64,000 nt of DNA from an uncultured Actinomycetes bacterium (GCA_963731625.1 CAVSWH010000001.1:200570-264569), one strand, 5' to 3'; positions 45,575-54,789 are shown, counted from the stretch's first letter. Made by a program: numbers and translations. The notes: generated by a model from the sequence alone, not told the origin.

Positions 45575-46930
45575 ATGCTCGATGTGAGGCGTCGACTCGC
45601 TGCGATCGGTGCGCTGCTCGCGCTGGCCCTCGCGTTGGTCGTCGCGGTCGTCGCGCTGCGTTCGAGTCTCGTGCGCATGGGTCTGTGTCTCGTACTGGTG
45701 ATCAGCGCAGCGGTGGCGGGTTGGTACATCGCGACGAGACGTGGTCCCCTGCGAGTCGCCGGGTCGGTCGTCGCGCTGGTCAGCGTGGCACTGATCATCG
45801 TTGTGACGTTGCGGGCCAAACACTCCGGCCTTGCCATCGTCGCGCTGGTGGCACTGATCGGACTCTCGGCCTCGATGACGAGGTATGCGCTCGGGCGTGA
45901 CCGCCGGAGCGTAAAAGAGGCAAGGGCCCCAGGCGTGACCGTGCGTCCTGCTCGTCGCGGTTCGCTCATCGTCAACCCGAAGTCCGGTGGCGGCAAGGTG
46001 GAACAATTCGGCATCGTCGATGAGGCGCGACGACGAGGCATCGAACCGATCGTCCTCGGACCCGGCGACGATCTGCTCCAACTTGCGGAGCGGGCGATCG
46101 AGGGTGGCGCAGACGTGATCGGAATGGCAGGGGGCGACGGATCACAGGCGCTGGTGGCGTCAGTGGCGATGCGTCACGACGTTGCGCATGTCTGCATACC
46201 TGCGGGGACGCGCAACCACTTCGCGCTCGATGTCGGCCTGGATCGTGATGACGTGGTGGGTGCCCTGGACGCGTTCGGCGACGCGATCGAACGGCGTATC
46301 GACCTTGCCGAGGTGGGCGGACGAGTCTTTGTGAACAACGCCTCACTCGGCGTGTATGCGAAGATCGTCCAGTCGCCTGAGTACCGTGACGCGAAGCGTC
46401 AGACGACCGCGGCGATGCTTCCCGAGCTCCTGGGCCCCGACGCTGAGCCGTTCTCGTTGCGCTTCGTCGGGCCCGATGGCGCGACACACGAGTCACCCGT
46501 TCTGGTGTTGGTATCGAACAACCCATATGTCGTGACACGCCTCGCCGGGTTCGGGACTCGGGCACGGCTCGATACGGGCCAGTTGGGCATCTCTGCTGTG
46601 GAGATCCGCGGGCCGGCGGACGTCTCCCAGCTCGTGGCGGCTGAAGCGGCCGGGCAGCTGCAGCGCTACCACGGGTTCCTGGAGTGGTCGGCCGGAACGT
46701 TCACCCTCGATTCGGACGGGCCGGTTGAGGTCGGGATCGATGGGGAGGCGCTGCGCCTCCCGCCGCCGCTCGAGTTTCGGTCGCTCCCGGGTGCGGTGCG
46801 CCTCCGCGTACCGCTGCATGCGCCCGGTTGGTCGCCGGCCGCGCTGTCGTCCTCGCCGTGGTGGACGGTGACCGCGCTGTGTCGCGCCGTCGCAGGTCGA
46901 GCGACTCCGATCGACGAGCCAAGCGCGTGA
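45575..46930 (+). CDS. Diacylglycerol-kinase-family lipid kinase (YegS/BmrU-like) with N-terminal membrane helices
   Basis: Three N-terminal helices are followed by the DAGK catalytic region LIVNPKSGGGK...GMAGGDGSQALV. Confidence 0.82.
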   Translation: MLDVRRRLAAIGALLALALALVVAVVALRSSLVRMGLCLVLVISAAVAGWYIATRRGPLRVAGSVVALVSVALIIVVTLRAKHSGLAIVALVALIGLSASMTRYALGRDRRSVKEARAPGVTVRPARRGSLIVNPKSGGGKVEQFGIVDEARRRGIEPIVLGPGDDLLQLAERAIEGGADVIGMAGGDGSQALVASVAMRHDVAHVCIPAGTRNHFALDVGLDRDDVVGALDAFGDAIERRIDLAEVGGRVFVNNASLGVYAKIVQSPEYRDAKRQTTAAMLPELLGPDAEPFSLRFVGPDGATHESPVLVLVSNNPYVVTRLAGFGTRARLDTGQLGISAVEIRGPADVSQLVAAEAAGQLQRYHGFLEWSAGTFTLDSDGPVEVGIDGEALRLPPPLEFRSLPGAVRLRVPLHAPGWSPAALSSSPWWTVTALCRAVAGRATPIDEPSA

Positions 46931-46946
46931 GCGAGGACGGCGCGCC

Positions 46947-47840
46947 ATGAGCAAGAAGAAGAGGAAGAAGAAGCGGCACGGTCAGCAGGCGACCAATCGG
47001 CCGGCTTCGGGGAGGGTCACGGTGGACACGAGTCGGGATCAGGACGTCGGTGAACCGCCCGTGGCATCGAAGATGCCCCGGAAGGACTACGAACGGGAAT
47101 TGACGCGCTTGCAGGTTGAGCTCGTCCACCTCCAGCAATGGGTGGTACAGGAGGGCGCGAAGGTGTGTGTCCTCTTCGAGGGGCGAGATGGTGCCGGCAA
47201 GGGCGGCGTCATCAAGCGCATGACTGAGCGTGTGAGCCCGCGCGTGTTTCGCGTCGTCGCCCTCCCGGCGCCGAGCGATCGGGAGAAGACGCAGATGTAC
47301 ATCCAGCGCTACCTGCCACACCTGCCGGCAGGAGGTGAGATCGTCCTGTTCGACCGGAGCTGGTACAACCGTGCCGGTGTCGAACGCGTCATGGGCTTTT
47401 GCACGGATGATGAGGTGCGACGTTTCCTCGCGTTGACGCCCTTCACCGAGCAGGCCATCGTCGACTCGGGCGTCATCTTGCTCAAGTACTGGCTCGACGT
47501 CAGCGCCGATGAGCAGACCCGGCGACTCGAGGCACGGATGGACGACGGTCGCAAGACTTGGAAACTCTCCCCAATGGACCTGCAGTCGTACAGCCGGTGG
47601 TACGACTACTCCCACGCGCGCGACGACATGTTCGCGGCAACCGATACCAAGTTTGCGCCCTGGTTCGTCGTCGACTCGAACGACAAACGGCGTGCCAGGC
47701 TCAACATCATCAGTCATTTCCTCGATCAGATCCCATACAAGGCGCTGCCATCGGTGAAGGTCGTCCTCCCGGCTCGTCAAGAGCCTGGCGGCTACCGTGA
47801 ACCAGCCCGCCCGCCCCATCTCGTTCCGCAACAATTCTGA
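46947..47840 (+). CDS. Polyphosphate kinase 2
   Basis: It has FEGRDGAGKGGVIKR (Walker A), FDRSWYNRAGVERVMGF and the lid region. The N-terminus is polybasic (MSKKKRKKKRHG). Confidence 0.9.
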   Translation: MSKKKRKKKRHGQQATNRPASGRVTVDTSRDQDVGEPPVASKMPRKDYERELTRLQVELVHLQQWVVQEGAKVCVLFEGRDGAGKGGVIKRMTERVSPRVFRVVALPAPSDREKTQMYIQRYLPHLPAGGEIVLFDRSWYNRAGVERVMGFCTDDEVRRFLALTPFTEQAIVDSGVILLKYWLDVSADEQTRRLEARMDDGRKTWKLSPMDLQSYSRWYDYSHARDDMFAATDTKFAPWFVVDSNDKRRARLNIISHFLDQIPYKALPSVKVVLPARQEPGGYREPARPPHLVPQQF

Positions 47841-48134
47841 CCACACATGGAATCGCCCGCGCACACCCCCGCAGCTGACGTCGCTCAGAAGCCGCGGGTG
47901 GAACGAATCACTGTGCGGTCGACGCCGCGATCAGGGCACACGGCGAACGGAGCATCGTGCGCTCGCCGGAGGTGACGAGGATGCCGGGACCCCGCGGCGT
48001 TCGCCAGCCCGCGGCCGCGGGGCGCAGCCCCGTCCATCGTGCAGATCGCTCGGTTGCGGCTACGCGTATGGCCGCTCGGTCTCAAGCGCGGCGGACACAC
48101 TTCTCGGGTCGGCGGTCGACGTGGAGAAGTCATC

Positions 48135-49544
48135 GTGGCTAGTCCGCCCGACCAGGAACAAGACAGTGGCTCGCTGAGAAGGATGCTGATCCCGCTGGCC
48201 TTGGCCCAGTTCATCTGCAGCTTTGCCGGCTCGAACATGAACGTGATGATCAATGACATCAGCAAGGACCTGAACACCACCGTCCAAGGGGTTCAGGTCT
48301 GCATCACCTTGTTCTTGCTGGTGATGGCAGCCCTGATGATCCCCTGTGGGAAGCTGACCGACCGCCTCGGCCGCAAACGCTGCTTCACGATCGGCCTCTC
48401 CGTCTACGGCGTAGGCGCGCTGCTCAGCGCAGCCGCACCGGGGCTTGGCGTGCTCATCCTGGGCAACTCGATCCTCGAGGGAGTGGGCACCGCGCTGTTG
48501 ATCCCGCCCGTCTACATCCTCACCACCATTCTGTTCCGCGACATGGGATCCAGAGTTCGGGCCTTCGGGATCATCAGCGGGATGGGAGGCATCGGTGCCG
48601 CGGCCGGACCGTTGATCGGCGGTCTGATCACGACGGCGATTACGTGGCGCGCCGCCTTCGTCTTTCAGGCCGGAATCATCGTGATCATCTTGTTTCTGGC
48701 GCGCCACATCAACGACCCGGTGCCAGCCGACCCGACGCGGCCCTTCGACACGGTTGGCGCGGTCCTGTCCGCTACTGGTCTGGTCGTCTTCGTCGGGGGG
48801 ATCATGGCGGCCGACAGCAGCGTGTCGCTGATGGTGTTCCTGCTGCTCCTCGGAGCGCTCATCCTGGCCGCGTTCTTTGCCTGGATCCGCAGCCGCGAGC
48901 GTGCCGGAAGAGAGGCCCTGCTCTCGACCGCTCTGTTCCGCAACCGCACCTCGAACCTGGCGATGGTCACCCAGAACCTGCAATGGCTCATGCTCATGGG
49001 GTCAGCATTCGTCGTCTCCGCGTACCTGCAGGTCGTGCGGCATTACAACGCCATCCAGACGGGCGTGATCTTCACGGCCGCCACTTTCGGCATCTTGGCT
49101 TCCTCGCTCGCGGCCGGCCCCCTCGCCAAGAAGTTCCAGCAGCGAACGCTCATCCTGGTCGGCTTTCCGACGACGATCACCGGGATCGTCCTCCTGCTCG
49201 CTCTCGTCGCAGGCCACCCGGGCCCGTGGGCTTTCGCCCCAGGACTGCTCCTGATCGGCTTGGGCATCGGCGTCATGCTCACCCCATCGGTCAACGTCGT
49301 TCAATCCGCCTTTCCCGAAGCCCTCCAAGGTGAAATCTCCGGGCTCTCGCGCAGCGTGTCCAACCTGGGGTCCACGTTCGGCACCGCGATCGCCGGCACC
49401 ATCCTCGTCTCCGGCCTCACCGACCCCCAGCGTGCCTACGGCGCCGCCATGATCGTCCTGGCAGTCATCGGTCTCGTCGGCCTCGGCGCCGCCGTCCTGC
49501 TTCCCCACACCAAATCCACCGCTGCATCCGACGCGGCTACATAG
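48135..49544 (+). CDS. MFS transporter, 14-TM DHA2 (EmrB/QacA-like)
   Basis: GTG 48135 has GGAGAAG 5 nt upstream. It has LAQFICSFAGSNMNVMINDISKDL and GKLTDRLGRKR (motif A). Confidence 0.85.
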   Translation: MASPPDQEQDSGSLRRMLIPLALAQFICSFAGSNMNVMINDISKDLNTTVQGVQVCITLFLLVMAALMIPCGKLTDRLGRKRCFTIGLSVYGVGALLSAAAPGLGVLILGNSILEGVGTALLIPPVYILTTILFRDMGSRVRAFGIISGMGGIGAAAGPLIGGLITTAITWRAAFVFQAGIIVIILFLARHINDPVPADPTRPFDTVGAVLSATGLVVFVGGIMAADSSVSLMVFLLLLGALILAAFFAWIRSRERAGREALLSTALFRNRTSNLAMVTQNLQWLMLMGSAFVVSAYLQVVRHYNAIQTGVIFTAATFGILASSLAAGPLAKKFQQRTLILVGFPTTITGIVLLLALVAGHPGPWAFAPGLLLIGLGIGVMLTPSVNVVQSAFPEALQGEISGLSRSVSNLGSTFGTAIAGTILVSGLTDPQRAYGAAMIVLAVIGLVGLGAAVLLPHTKSTAASDAAT

Positions 49545-50030
49545 CAGACGCTGCTCATGCTCCGTCCCGCTGGCGTCCTGCCCGACGACCGGGCGGGAGC
49601 CGTCGTGGTCACACCCGAGTCCACGGGTAGGACTGTTCTGCTTCAGGAGTTGGAGCGCGCCCCTGGACGCTGACGGTGCGCGGATGCGCCTGCGCCCATG
49701 GGGTGGCATAGCGGCATCACTAGCCAGCCCACCTGTTGAGCTGACCTCAATCGACTGCCGGTGCCGCGCCATGGCGGCCCCACGTTCGACGGGCATTCTG
49801 CCTACGCATATTCGACACAGACCGTGGGGCAGACCGCGATCGGTCGGCTCACTGACCGTGACGCGCTGCCGTGGGCGTGAATCCCAAGAGGCCCTCGGAG
49901 CTCATCGTGGAGCGGGAGCGGTCCTCGGGACACAACGCATACCGACTGGCGATTTGCACACCGGCGGCGCCCAATCCCAGCAGCGCCTATCGTCAATCCC
50001 CTCCGCTCCTGCCGAGACGAGAGACCGACG

Positions 50031-50969
50031 ATGGCCGCCAATGCAGCAGTAGCTTCAACCTTGACGATCCAGCCGGCGACGAACGTCATCGGCGCGCATG
50101 TTGATGGCATCGATCTCCGCCGGCCACTCGATGCGGGCTCCGTCCGTACACTCCGCGACGCACTGCTGCAATGGAAGGTGCTGTTCTTCCGAAACCAGCC
50201 GATCTCGCAGGACGACCACGTCCGCCTCGGGCAGTACTTCGGCGAGATCACGCCTGCGCATCCGATCCAGGCGGCGCTCGAAGGAAGGCCGGAAATTTAT
50301 GCGGTGGACACCCGCGAGGAGCGGATCCTCTTCGGTCACGGGACCCAGCGCCCGCCGTTCGCGCCGCCGCGCGTGACCCGCGCCGGCTGGCACACCGACA
50401 TCACGTTCGTCGCGAATCCCGCGATGGCCTCGATCTTGCGCGGGTTAGCGGTCCCGAACCACGGCGGCGACACCCTCTGGACGAACTTGGTGGCCGCTTA
50501 CGAGGACCTCTCGGCGCCCATCCGCGAACTCGTCGACGGGCTCCAAGCGGTGCACCGATGGCACGGCCAGGACGGACGGACGCGTGAAGGGTACGACCCG
50601 TCCGGTCCGCCACCAGCAGCGGTGCACCCAGTCGTCCGCGTCCACCCCGAGAGCGGTGAGCGGGCCCTGTTCGTGAACCCGGTGTTCACCCGCTATCTCG
50701 TCGGTCTCAGCGACCAAGAGAGCAGCCAGATCCTCGACCTTCTCTACGGCCAGATCGCTCGGCCCGAGTTCACGGTGCGGTTCCGTTGGGAGCCGGAGAG
50801 TATTGCGTTCTGGGACAACCGATCGACAGCTCATCTCGGTCCGGTCGACCTTGCTTCCATCGAGGTGGACCGGCGAGTCGAACGCGTCACGATCGCTGGC
50901 GACATCCCGGTCGGTCCGGACGGCTTCCGTTCAGTCCCGCTCAAGGGTGCGCTCTTCGGCTGGGCTTAG
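50031..50969 (+). CDS. TauD/TfdA-family Fe(II)/2-oxoglutarate dioxygenase
   Basis: It has the WHTDITF (HxD) iron site, WDNRSTAH, and typical length. Confidence 0.88.
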   Translation: MAANAAVASTLTIQPATNVIGAHVDGIDLRRPLDAGSVRTLRDALLQWKVLFFRNQPISQDDHVRLGQYFGEITPAHPIQAALEGRPEIYAVDTREERILFGHGTQRPPFAPPRVTRAGWHTDITFVANPAMASILRGLAVPNHGGDTLWTNLVAAYEDLSAPIRELVDGLQAVHRWHGQDGRTREGYDPSGPPPAAVHPVVRVHPESGERALFVNPVFTRYLVGLSDQESSQILDLLYGQIARPEFTVRFRWEPESIAFWDNRSTAHLGPVDLASIEVDRRVERVTIAGDIPVGPDGFRSVPLKGALFGWA

Positions 50970-50987
50970 CAGACCAAAGGCACTCGA

Positions 50988-52037
50988 TTGCGCGCGTGGC
51001 GTGTCCACGACTTCGGTGAGCCGTCAGACGTCTTCCGGCTCGAGGAGGTCGAAGAGCCGTCGGCGACTGGTCTCGCACGCCTTGGGATGAGCCTTGGTGG
51101 GTGGGTCCAATTGGAAGAGGCGCCCTTTCCGGTGACCCCCGAGTGGGCCATCGTGGACATGCGGGCCGCCGCCCTGGCGCTGCCCGACGTGACGATGGCT
51201 CGAGGCACCTATCCAGTCCCGGTGCCCCGTCCCTACATCTCCGGTCAGGAGGGCGTCGGCGTCGTCCGCGAGGCCTCTGACACGCTCGCGCACCTCGTCG
51301 GATCGCGGGTCGTCGGGGTCTTCATCCAGCCGTGGGGCAGCCTGGCAGACACCGCCGTCGCCGTCGGACCGAGCATCATGCCGGCGCCGGCCGCACTCGA
51401 TGACATCGAGGCGGCAGCCTTCGTCATCCCCGCACACACGGCGTACCACGCGGTCATTCGGCGCGGGCAGGTCCAGGCAGGCGAGACCGTGCTCGTGACC
51501 GGAGCGGCCGGCGGGCTGGGATCGGCGTGCGTACAGCTCGCTGCTGCACAAGGCGCTCGTGTCATCGCCGTCGTCGGCAGCTCCGCGAAAGCGGAGCACT
51601 GCCGCCGGCTCGGCGCTGCGTACGCCATCGATCACTCAGCCGGAGATGTCCTCGATGGAATTAGGTCCGCGGTCGGGGATCAACCGCTCGACGTCATCAT
51701 CGATCCCGTCCAGGGCCCGACTGGCGGCCGGCTGCGACACCTTCTGGCTCCGGGCGGCCGGCACGTTCTCTGTGGGCACGCCGGTGGGCTCGAGCCCATC
51801 GACCCGCATTTCTATGTCGCAAACGTGACCCTCGTCGGGGCGACGCTCGGCGGCTATCCACCAGACGTGATGGCGGCGATGTTCGAAAGCGCCTCCGCCG
51901 ACCTGACGCGGATGCTCGCCGATGGGACGTTCCGGCCCACACCCTCTCAGGTGGTCGACTTCGACAACGTCCCGTCGGTTCTCACCGAGATGGCCGAGCG
52001 TCGGACCATCGGTCGGCCCGTGGTCAAACTCGCGTAA
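50988..52037 (+). CDS. Zinc-type alcohol dehydrogenase / NADPH:quinone oxidoreductase family
   Basis: The nucleotide fold is VTGAAGGLGSACVQLAAAQGARVIAVV. It has the MDR architecture. The start is a TTG. Confidence 0.85.
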   Translation: MRAWRVHDFGEPSDVFRLEEVEEPSATGLARLGMSLGGWVQLEEAPFPVTPEWAIVDMRAAALALPDVTMARGTYPVPVPRPYISGQEGVGVVREASDTLAHLVGSRVVGVFIQPWGSLADTAVAVGPSIMPAPAALDDIEAAAFVIPAHTAYHAVIRRGQVQAGETVLVTGAAGGLGSACVQLAAAQGARVIAVVGSSAKAEHCRRLGAAYAIDHSAGDVLDGIRSAVGDQPLDVIIDPVQGPTGGRLRHLLAPGGRHVLCGHAGGLEPIDPHFYVANVTLVGATLGGYPPDVMAAMFESASADLTRMLADGTFRPTPSQVVDFDNVPSVLTEMAERRTIGRPVVKLA

Positions 52038-52539
52038 CGGAGTTGGCTCGGAGAACGCGGCTCGACGGCTCCCCGAGCCGGGTGCACGCTGCCTCTGCCG
52101 TCGATGCGACGACTCTCTGACAGTCAGAGCAGCACAACCACGGACGCCAGAGGACGAGGGAGATCGGCGCGGGACGTGGACCTGCGGCTTCCCGCCCGTC
52201 GCAACGACCCGCCGGGGCCGCCCCCGACCTCGCCGTGACCTTGCGCACGCCAGGATCAGTCGCGTGTCCTGTCTGGCCGGCGAACATCGGGTGCTCGGGA
52301 ACCCCACTTCGAATGAGTTCAGCCATGACCACACCCACATCCGATCTCCCCGAGCTCGACCTTGGCGACCCAAATCGGGTCCCAGGACTTCGAACAGGCG
52401 TCGACCGATCAGTCGGTCGCGATCGCCGGTTTCGGAAGGCCACCGTCAGCGTCGCGAAAGAGCGCCGGGAAAGGCGGGACGGGCGTTCCTGGACATGACG
52501 TAGTACACATCGTGTGTTGGGGGAAGTGGGGGCCGCGCT

Positions 52540-53106
52540 TTGCTGGATGTTTCGACCGTCCGCGGCGCCAAGAATCACGGACAGAACAGGCCTGTGTGCT
52601 TAGAGAGGCATCCATGTTGCACACAAGACGAAGGACGATCCGAGTCGCTGGCATGGCTGGCCGTGCTCGTCATGACCGCTGGTTCCGCCGCGGCCGCGAA
52701 CCGCGGCACAGCCACCGCGCTGGCGCCTCAGAAGCCGCGCACGGTCCCGTACACCGCGACCGCTACCTGCGCGCAGATCAGCCAAACCGGGTCTGCACAC
52801 GTGATCGTCTGTGCCGGTACCAGCTCGATCGATGGAGACGGTGCGGCCGTGGCCACGTTCACGATCAACGGCACCAGCGGCACCGGCACCGCGATCGGAT
52901 ACTTCGCCGGTGGCGTTCGCAGGTCCAAGGAGACCTTCACCGTTGCAGCGGGTGCCAACGGCATGGTCGCGCTTACCGGAAGCGGCACCTGCACCGGGGG
53001 AACGGGCGTGTACAAGCACGCGAAATGCAGCTACACCCTCACCGGCACGACAAATCCTCAGACCAACGTGGGCCCCAGCATGGAAGTCGGCACGATCACC
53101 CGATGA
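52540..53106 (+). CDS. Secreted Gly/Thr-rich hypothetical protein. The N-terminus is probably frame-disrupted.
   Basis: The hydrophobic core and AxA site (LAWLAVLVMTAGSAAAAN) are in this frame. The only good start (ATG 52614, SD GAGAGG, basic MLHTRRRTIR) is in the neighbouring frame. The mature part has paired Cys and GT-rich beta-like repeats. Confidence 0.5.
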   Translation: MLDVSTVRGAKNHGQNRPVCLERHPCCTQDEGRSESLAWLAVLVMTAGSAAAANRGTATALAPQKPRTVPYTATATCAQISQTGSAHVIVCAGTSSIDGDGAAVATFTINGTSGTGTAIGYFAGGVRRSKETFTVAAGANGMVALTGSGTCTGGTGVYKHAKCSYTLTGTTNPQTNVGPSMEVGTITR

Positions 53107-53185
53107 CCCGAGGGTCACGCGCGCCGGGGACTCATCCCGTGGGTGGGAACCGGTCCCGCACCGCGCTCGCATAAGGCCGATGATG

Positions 53186-53236
53186 TGGAGCGGACGACGG
53201 ATTCGAACACCCGCCACTCTCACCTTGGCGAGGTGA
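53186..53236 (-). pseudogene. 3' fragment of a tRNA-Gly(GCC): anticodon arm, decayed T-arm, acceptor strand and CCA. It is not a functional tRNA.
   Basis: The minus-strand reading is TCACC-TCGCCAA-GGTGA (anticodon GCC, C at position 33), GAGTG, GCGGGTGTTCGAATCCGT, CGTCCGC, T, CCA. There is no matching 5' acceptor strand or D-arm upstream, and the T-stem has 2 mismatches. It shares its last 14-15 nt with the units at 56.4 kb. Confidence 0.7.
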
Positions 53237-53250
53237 TGAACGCTTCCGGT

Positions 53251-53327
53251 GGAGACCGCTGGAACCGCTGGAGTCCAGGTCAGCGGCTTGCGTTCTCCGC
53301 TGGAGACCGCGGGAACCGCTCCAGTCC
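53251..53327 (+). repeat. Two 26-nt direct repeats (3 mismatches) next to the tRNA fragment
   Basis: GGAGACCGCTGGAACCGCTGGAGTCC lies at 53251-53276 and GGAGACCGCGGGAACCGCTCCAGTCC at 53302-53327. Further on, AGTAGCAGG occurs twice (53338, 53350) and there is a hairpin AGCAGGA-TTTGT-TCCTGCT (53353-53371). Confidence 0.7.
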
Positions 53328-53548
53328 GCTGGATTCGAGTAGCAGGTTCAGTAGCAGGATTTGTTCCTGCTCAGGCCGCCTCGCCGCGCTCAACACAAGG
53401 CTTCCTACGGGCATCTCGGCGAGTCTCAAGCACAAGCGTGCTGGCGGCGGGCCACCAGGCCGTGCCTCCACCACCTTCTTCTCCCGCGCGCGACCGTCGT
53501 CCTACGATAAGACGCGTCGGTGGCTCGCCGACCAGGAACGAGGGGGCC

Positions 53549-54571
53549 GTGGTAGATGCTTCGGCGCCTTTTTGGGCGCCTGATCCGACGGGCCGCTTCA
53601 GCCAGCGGTACTGGAGCGGCTCGGCGTGGACCGAGTGGGTCGCGGGCCCCGGCGGAGGCGACGCCTCTCGCGACCCCTTGCGGCCCGACGATCCCCAGGT
53701 CCCACCCGGCACGGCAGCAAAGCCGCAAGGCGCCGAAGCGACACCGGCCCCGGCCGGTGCGCCCCAACCGCCGCGCCAAACCGATACGTCGGACCTCGTC
53801 GTGCCCGGCCTCGCGGACTACGCCGCGCGGGCGGGGTGGCAGCCGCTCGGACCGCAGCCGTTCCCGTCGCCGTTCGACCGCTCCGTGAGCGGCTTTTCAC
53901 TGCTCTTCGTCCACGAAGCCGGTACCGGCGGGGCCCAGAACCCGGTGTCGGGGACCAGCTACCACAGCGCCTACGGCGGCGACCTCGACGGGAGCGCGTT
54001 CACCGTCGCCAACGCGTTCACCGCCGGGTGGCGGGGCTCCCGGGTCTCGGCTGCGCAGTTCTGGTTCCCCGTGATGTGCGGCGTCGAGGTCACGCCCCGC
54101 CGCCACGCCCTGCCCCGGTTCGGGGGCTTCACGACCGGCGACGCAGCGTTCGACGACCAGTTCACCGTTGAGACCCGTGACAAGGAGCTGGCGCATCGAC
54201 TCCTCACACCGGCGATACGGTCGCTCTTGTCGCAACGGGACGACTGGGCGTTCTGGATGTTCGGCTACACGGTGCTCTGCGTGTGCGGTGAGCCCTTTGG
54301 CGCCGTCGACGACGTGGCGGATCGACTGCGCTTCCTCCAGTCGCTCGGCCGCGCTATCCCACCCGAGCTCGGATCGAGCGAGCCGGCACCGACACCGCAC
54401 CTGACCCTGCCCGACGGCACACCGATCGACCTCACGCATCCCGAGCAGCTCAAGGCCGCTGTCGAGCGGCTCACGCCCGACCAGCAGGCTCAACTGCTCC
54501 AGCAGTTCCAGCAGCTGGACCCGAAGCTGCGCGAGCAGCTGCTCGTCCAGTTCGTGCAGCACAAGCACTGA
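53549..54571 (+). CDS. DUF2510-type N-terminal motif protein (340 aa), function unknown
   Basis: GTG 53549 is preceded by GAGGGGG. The N-terminus is FWAPDPTGRFSQRYWSGSAWTEWV (the WxPDPxGxxxxRYWDGxxWT-type motif). A Pro-rich linker and a roughly 230-aa unknown domain follow. The tail is Gln-rich (QQAQLLQQFQQLDPKLREQLLVQFVQHKH). Confidence 0.65.
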   Translation: MVDASAPFWAPDPTGRFSQRYWSGSAWTEWVAGPGGGDASRDPLRPDDPQVPPGTAAKPQGAEATPAPAGAPQPPRQTDTSDLVVPGLADYAARAGWQPLGPQPFPSPFDRSVSGFSLLFVHEAGTGGAQNPVSGTSYHSAYGGDLDGSAFTVANAFTAGWRGSRVSAAQFWFPVMCGVEVTPRRHALPRFGGFTTGDAAFDDQFTVETRDKELAHRLLTPAIRSLLSQRDDWAFWMFGYTVLCVCGEPFGAVDDVADRLRFLQSLGRAIPPELGSSEPAPTPHLTLPDGTPIDLTHPEQLKAAVERLTPDQQAQLLQQFQQLDPKLREQLLVQFVQHKH

Positions 54572-54703
54572 CGGCGCCGCCGGACCGTGCCCTCGGGGCC
54601 CGGAGGCTCGAGCCGACCCGCTGCGCGCGCGACCTGCATGGCCCGCACTGTCCTGATCGACGACCATCTGCTGCTCGGCGTTCTCGGGCAAGAGCGCTGA
54701 GCA

Positions 54704-54725
54704 GATGTCTGAATATATAGACATC
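54704..54725. promoter_or_regulatory. Candidate HipB operator/promoter: inverted repeat around an AT-rich -10-like box
   Basis: GATGTCT (54704-54710), GAATATAT, AGACATC (54719-54725). Related half-sites ATATCGACAT (54752-54761) and ATATGCAGACATC (54788-54800) follow. The last one overlaps the hipB ATG. Confidence 0.5.
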
Positions 54726-54789
54726 ACTGCAGAATACCGCTGTGTCGGGAAATATCGACATGCGCGCCGTCTGGTGCTAAAGTCGGGAT

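Noticed and set aside
46947-46990. The purine-rich (AAG/AGG)n tract as a repeat element or regulatory slippery sequence
   Set aside because: It is in frame and simply encodes the polybasic N-terminus MSKKKRKKKRHG of PPK2. There is no evidence of length variation from a single sequence.
47885-48280. The minus-strand 131-aa ORF between the PPK2 and MFS genes
   Set aside because: It overlaps the MFS N-terminus, has mixed codon bias and no recognisable motif. The region is more simply the MFS promoter/5' region.
49545-50030. The 490-bp gap upstream of the TauD-type gene as a possible riboswitch or remnant gene
   Set aside because: I could not find a convincing conserved structure, a repeat or a protein-like frame on either strand by eye. 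I leave it unannotated rather than guess.
52040-52540. Small ORFs in the 500-bp gap, for example the plus-strand MTTPTSDLPELDLGDPNRV... and the minus-strand MAELIRSGVPEHPMFAG...
   Set aside because: They have no SD and mixed third-position bias. One overlaps the end of the quinone oxidoreductase gene, and no motif was recognised. They may be remnants, but this is unsupported.
53328-53348. A plus-strand GGATTCGAGTAGC T-loop-like string next to the direct repeats
   Set aside because: Only 3 of 5 T-stem pairs are possible and no acceptor strand follows. I treat it as part of the repeat-rich att-like region, not as a tRNA.
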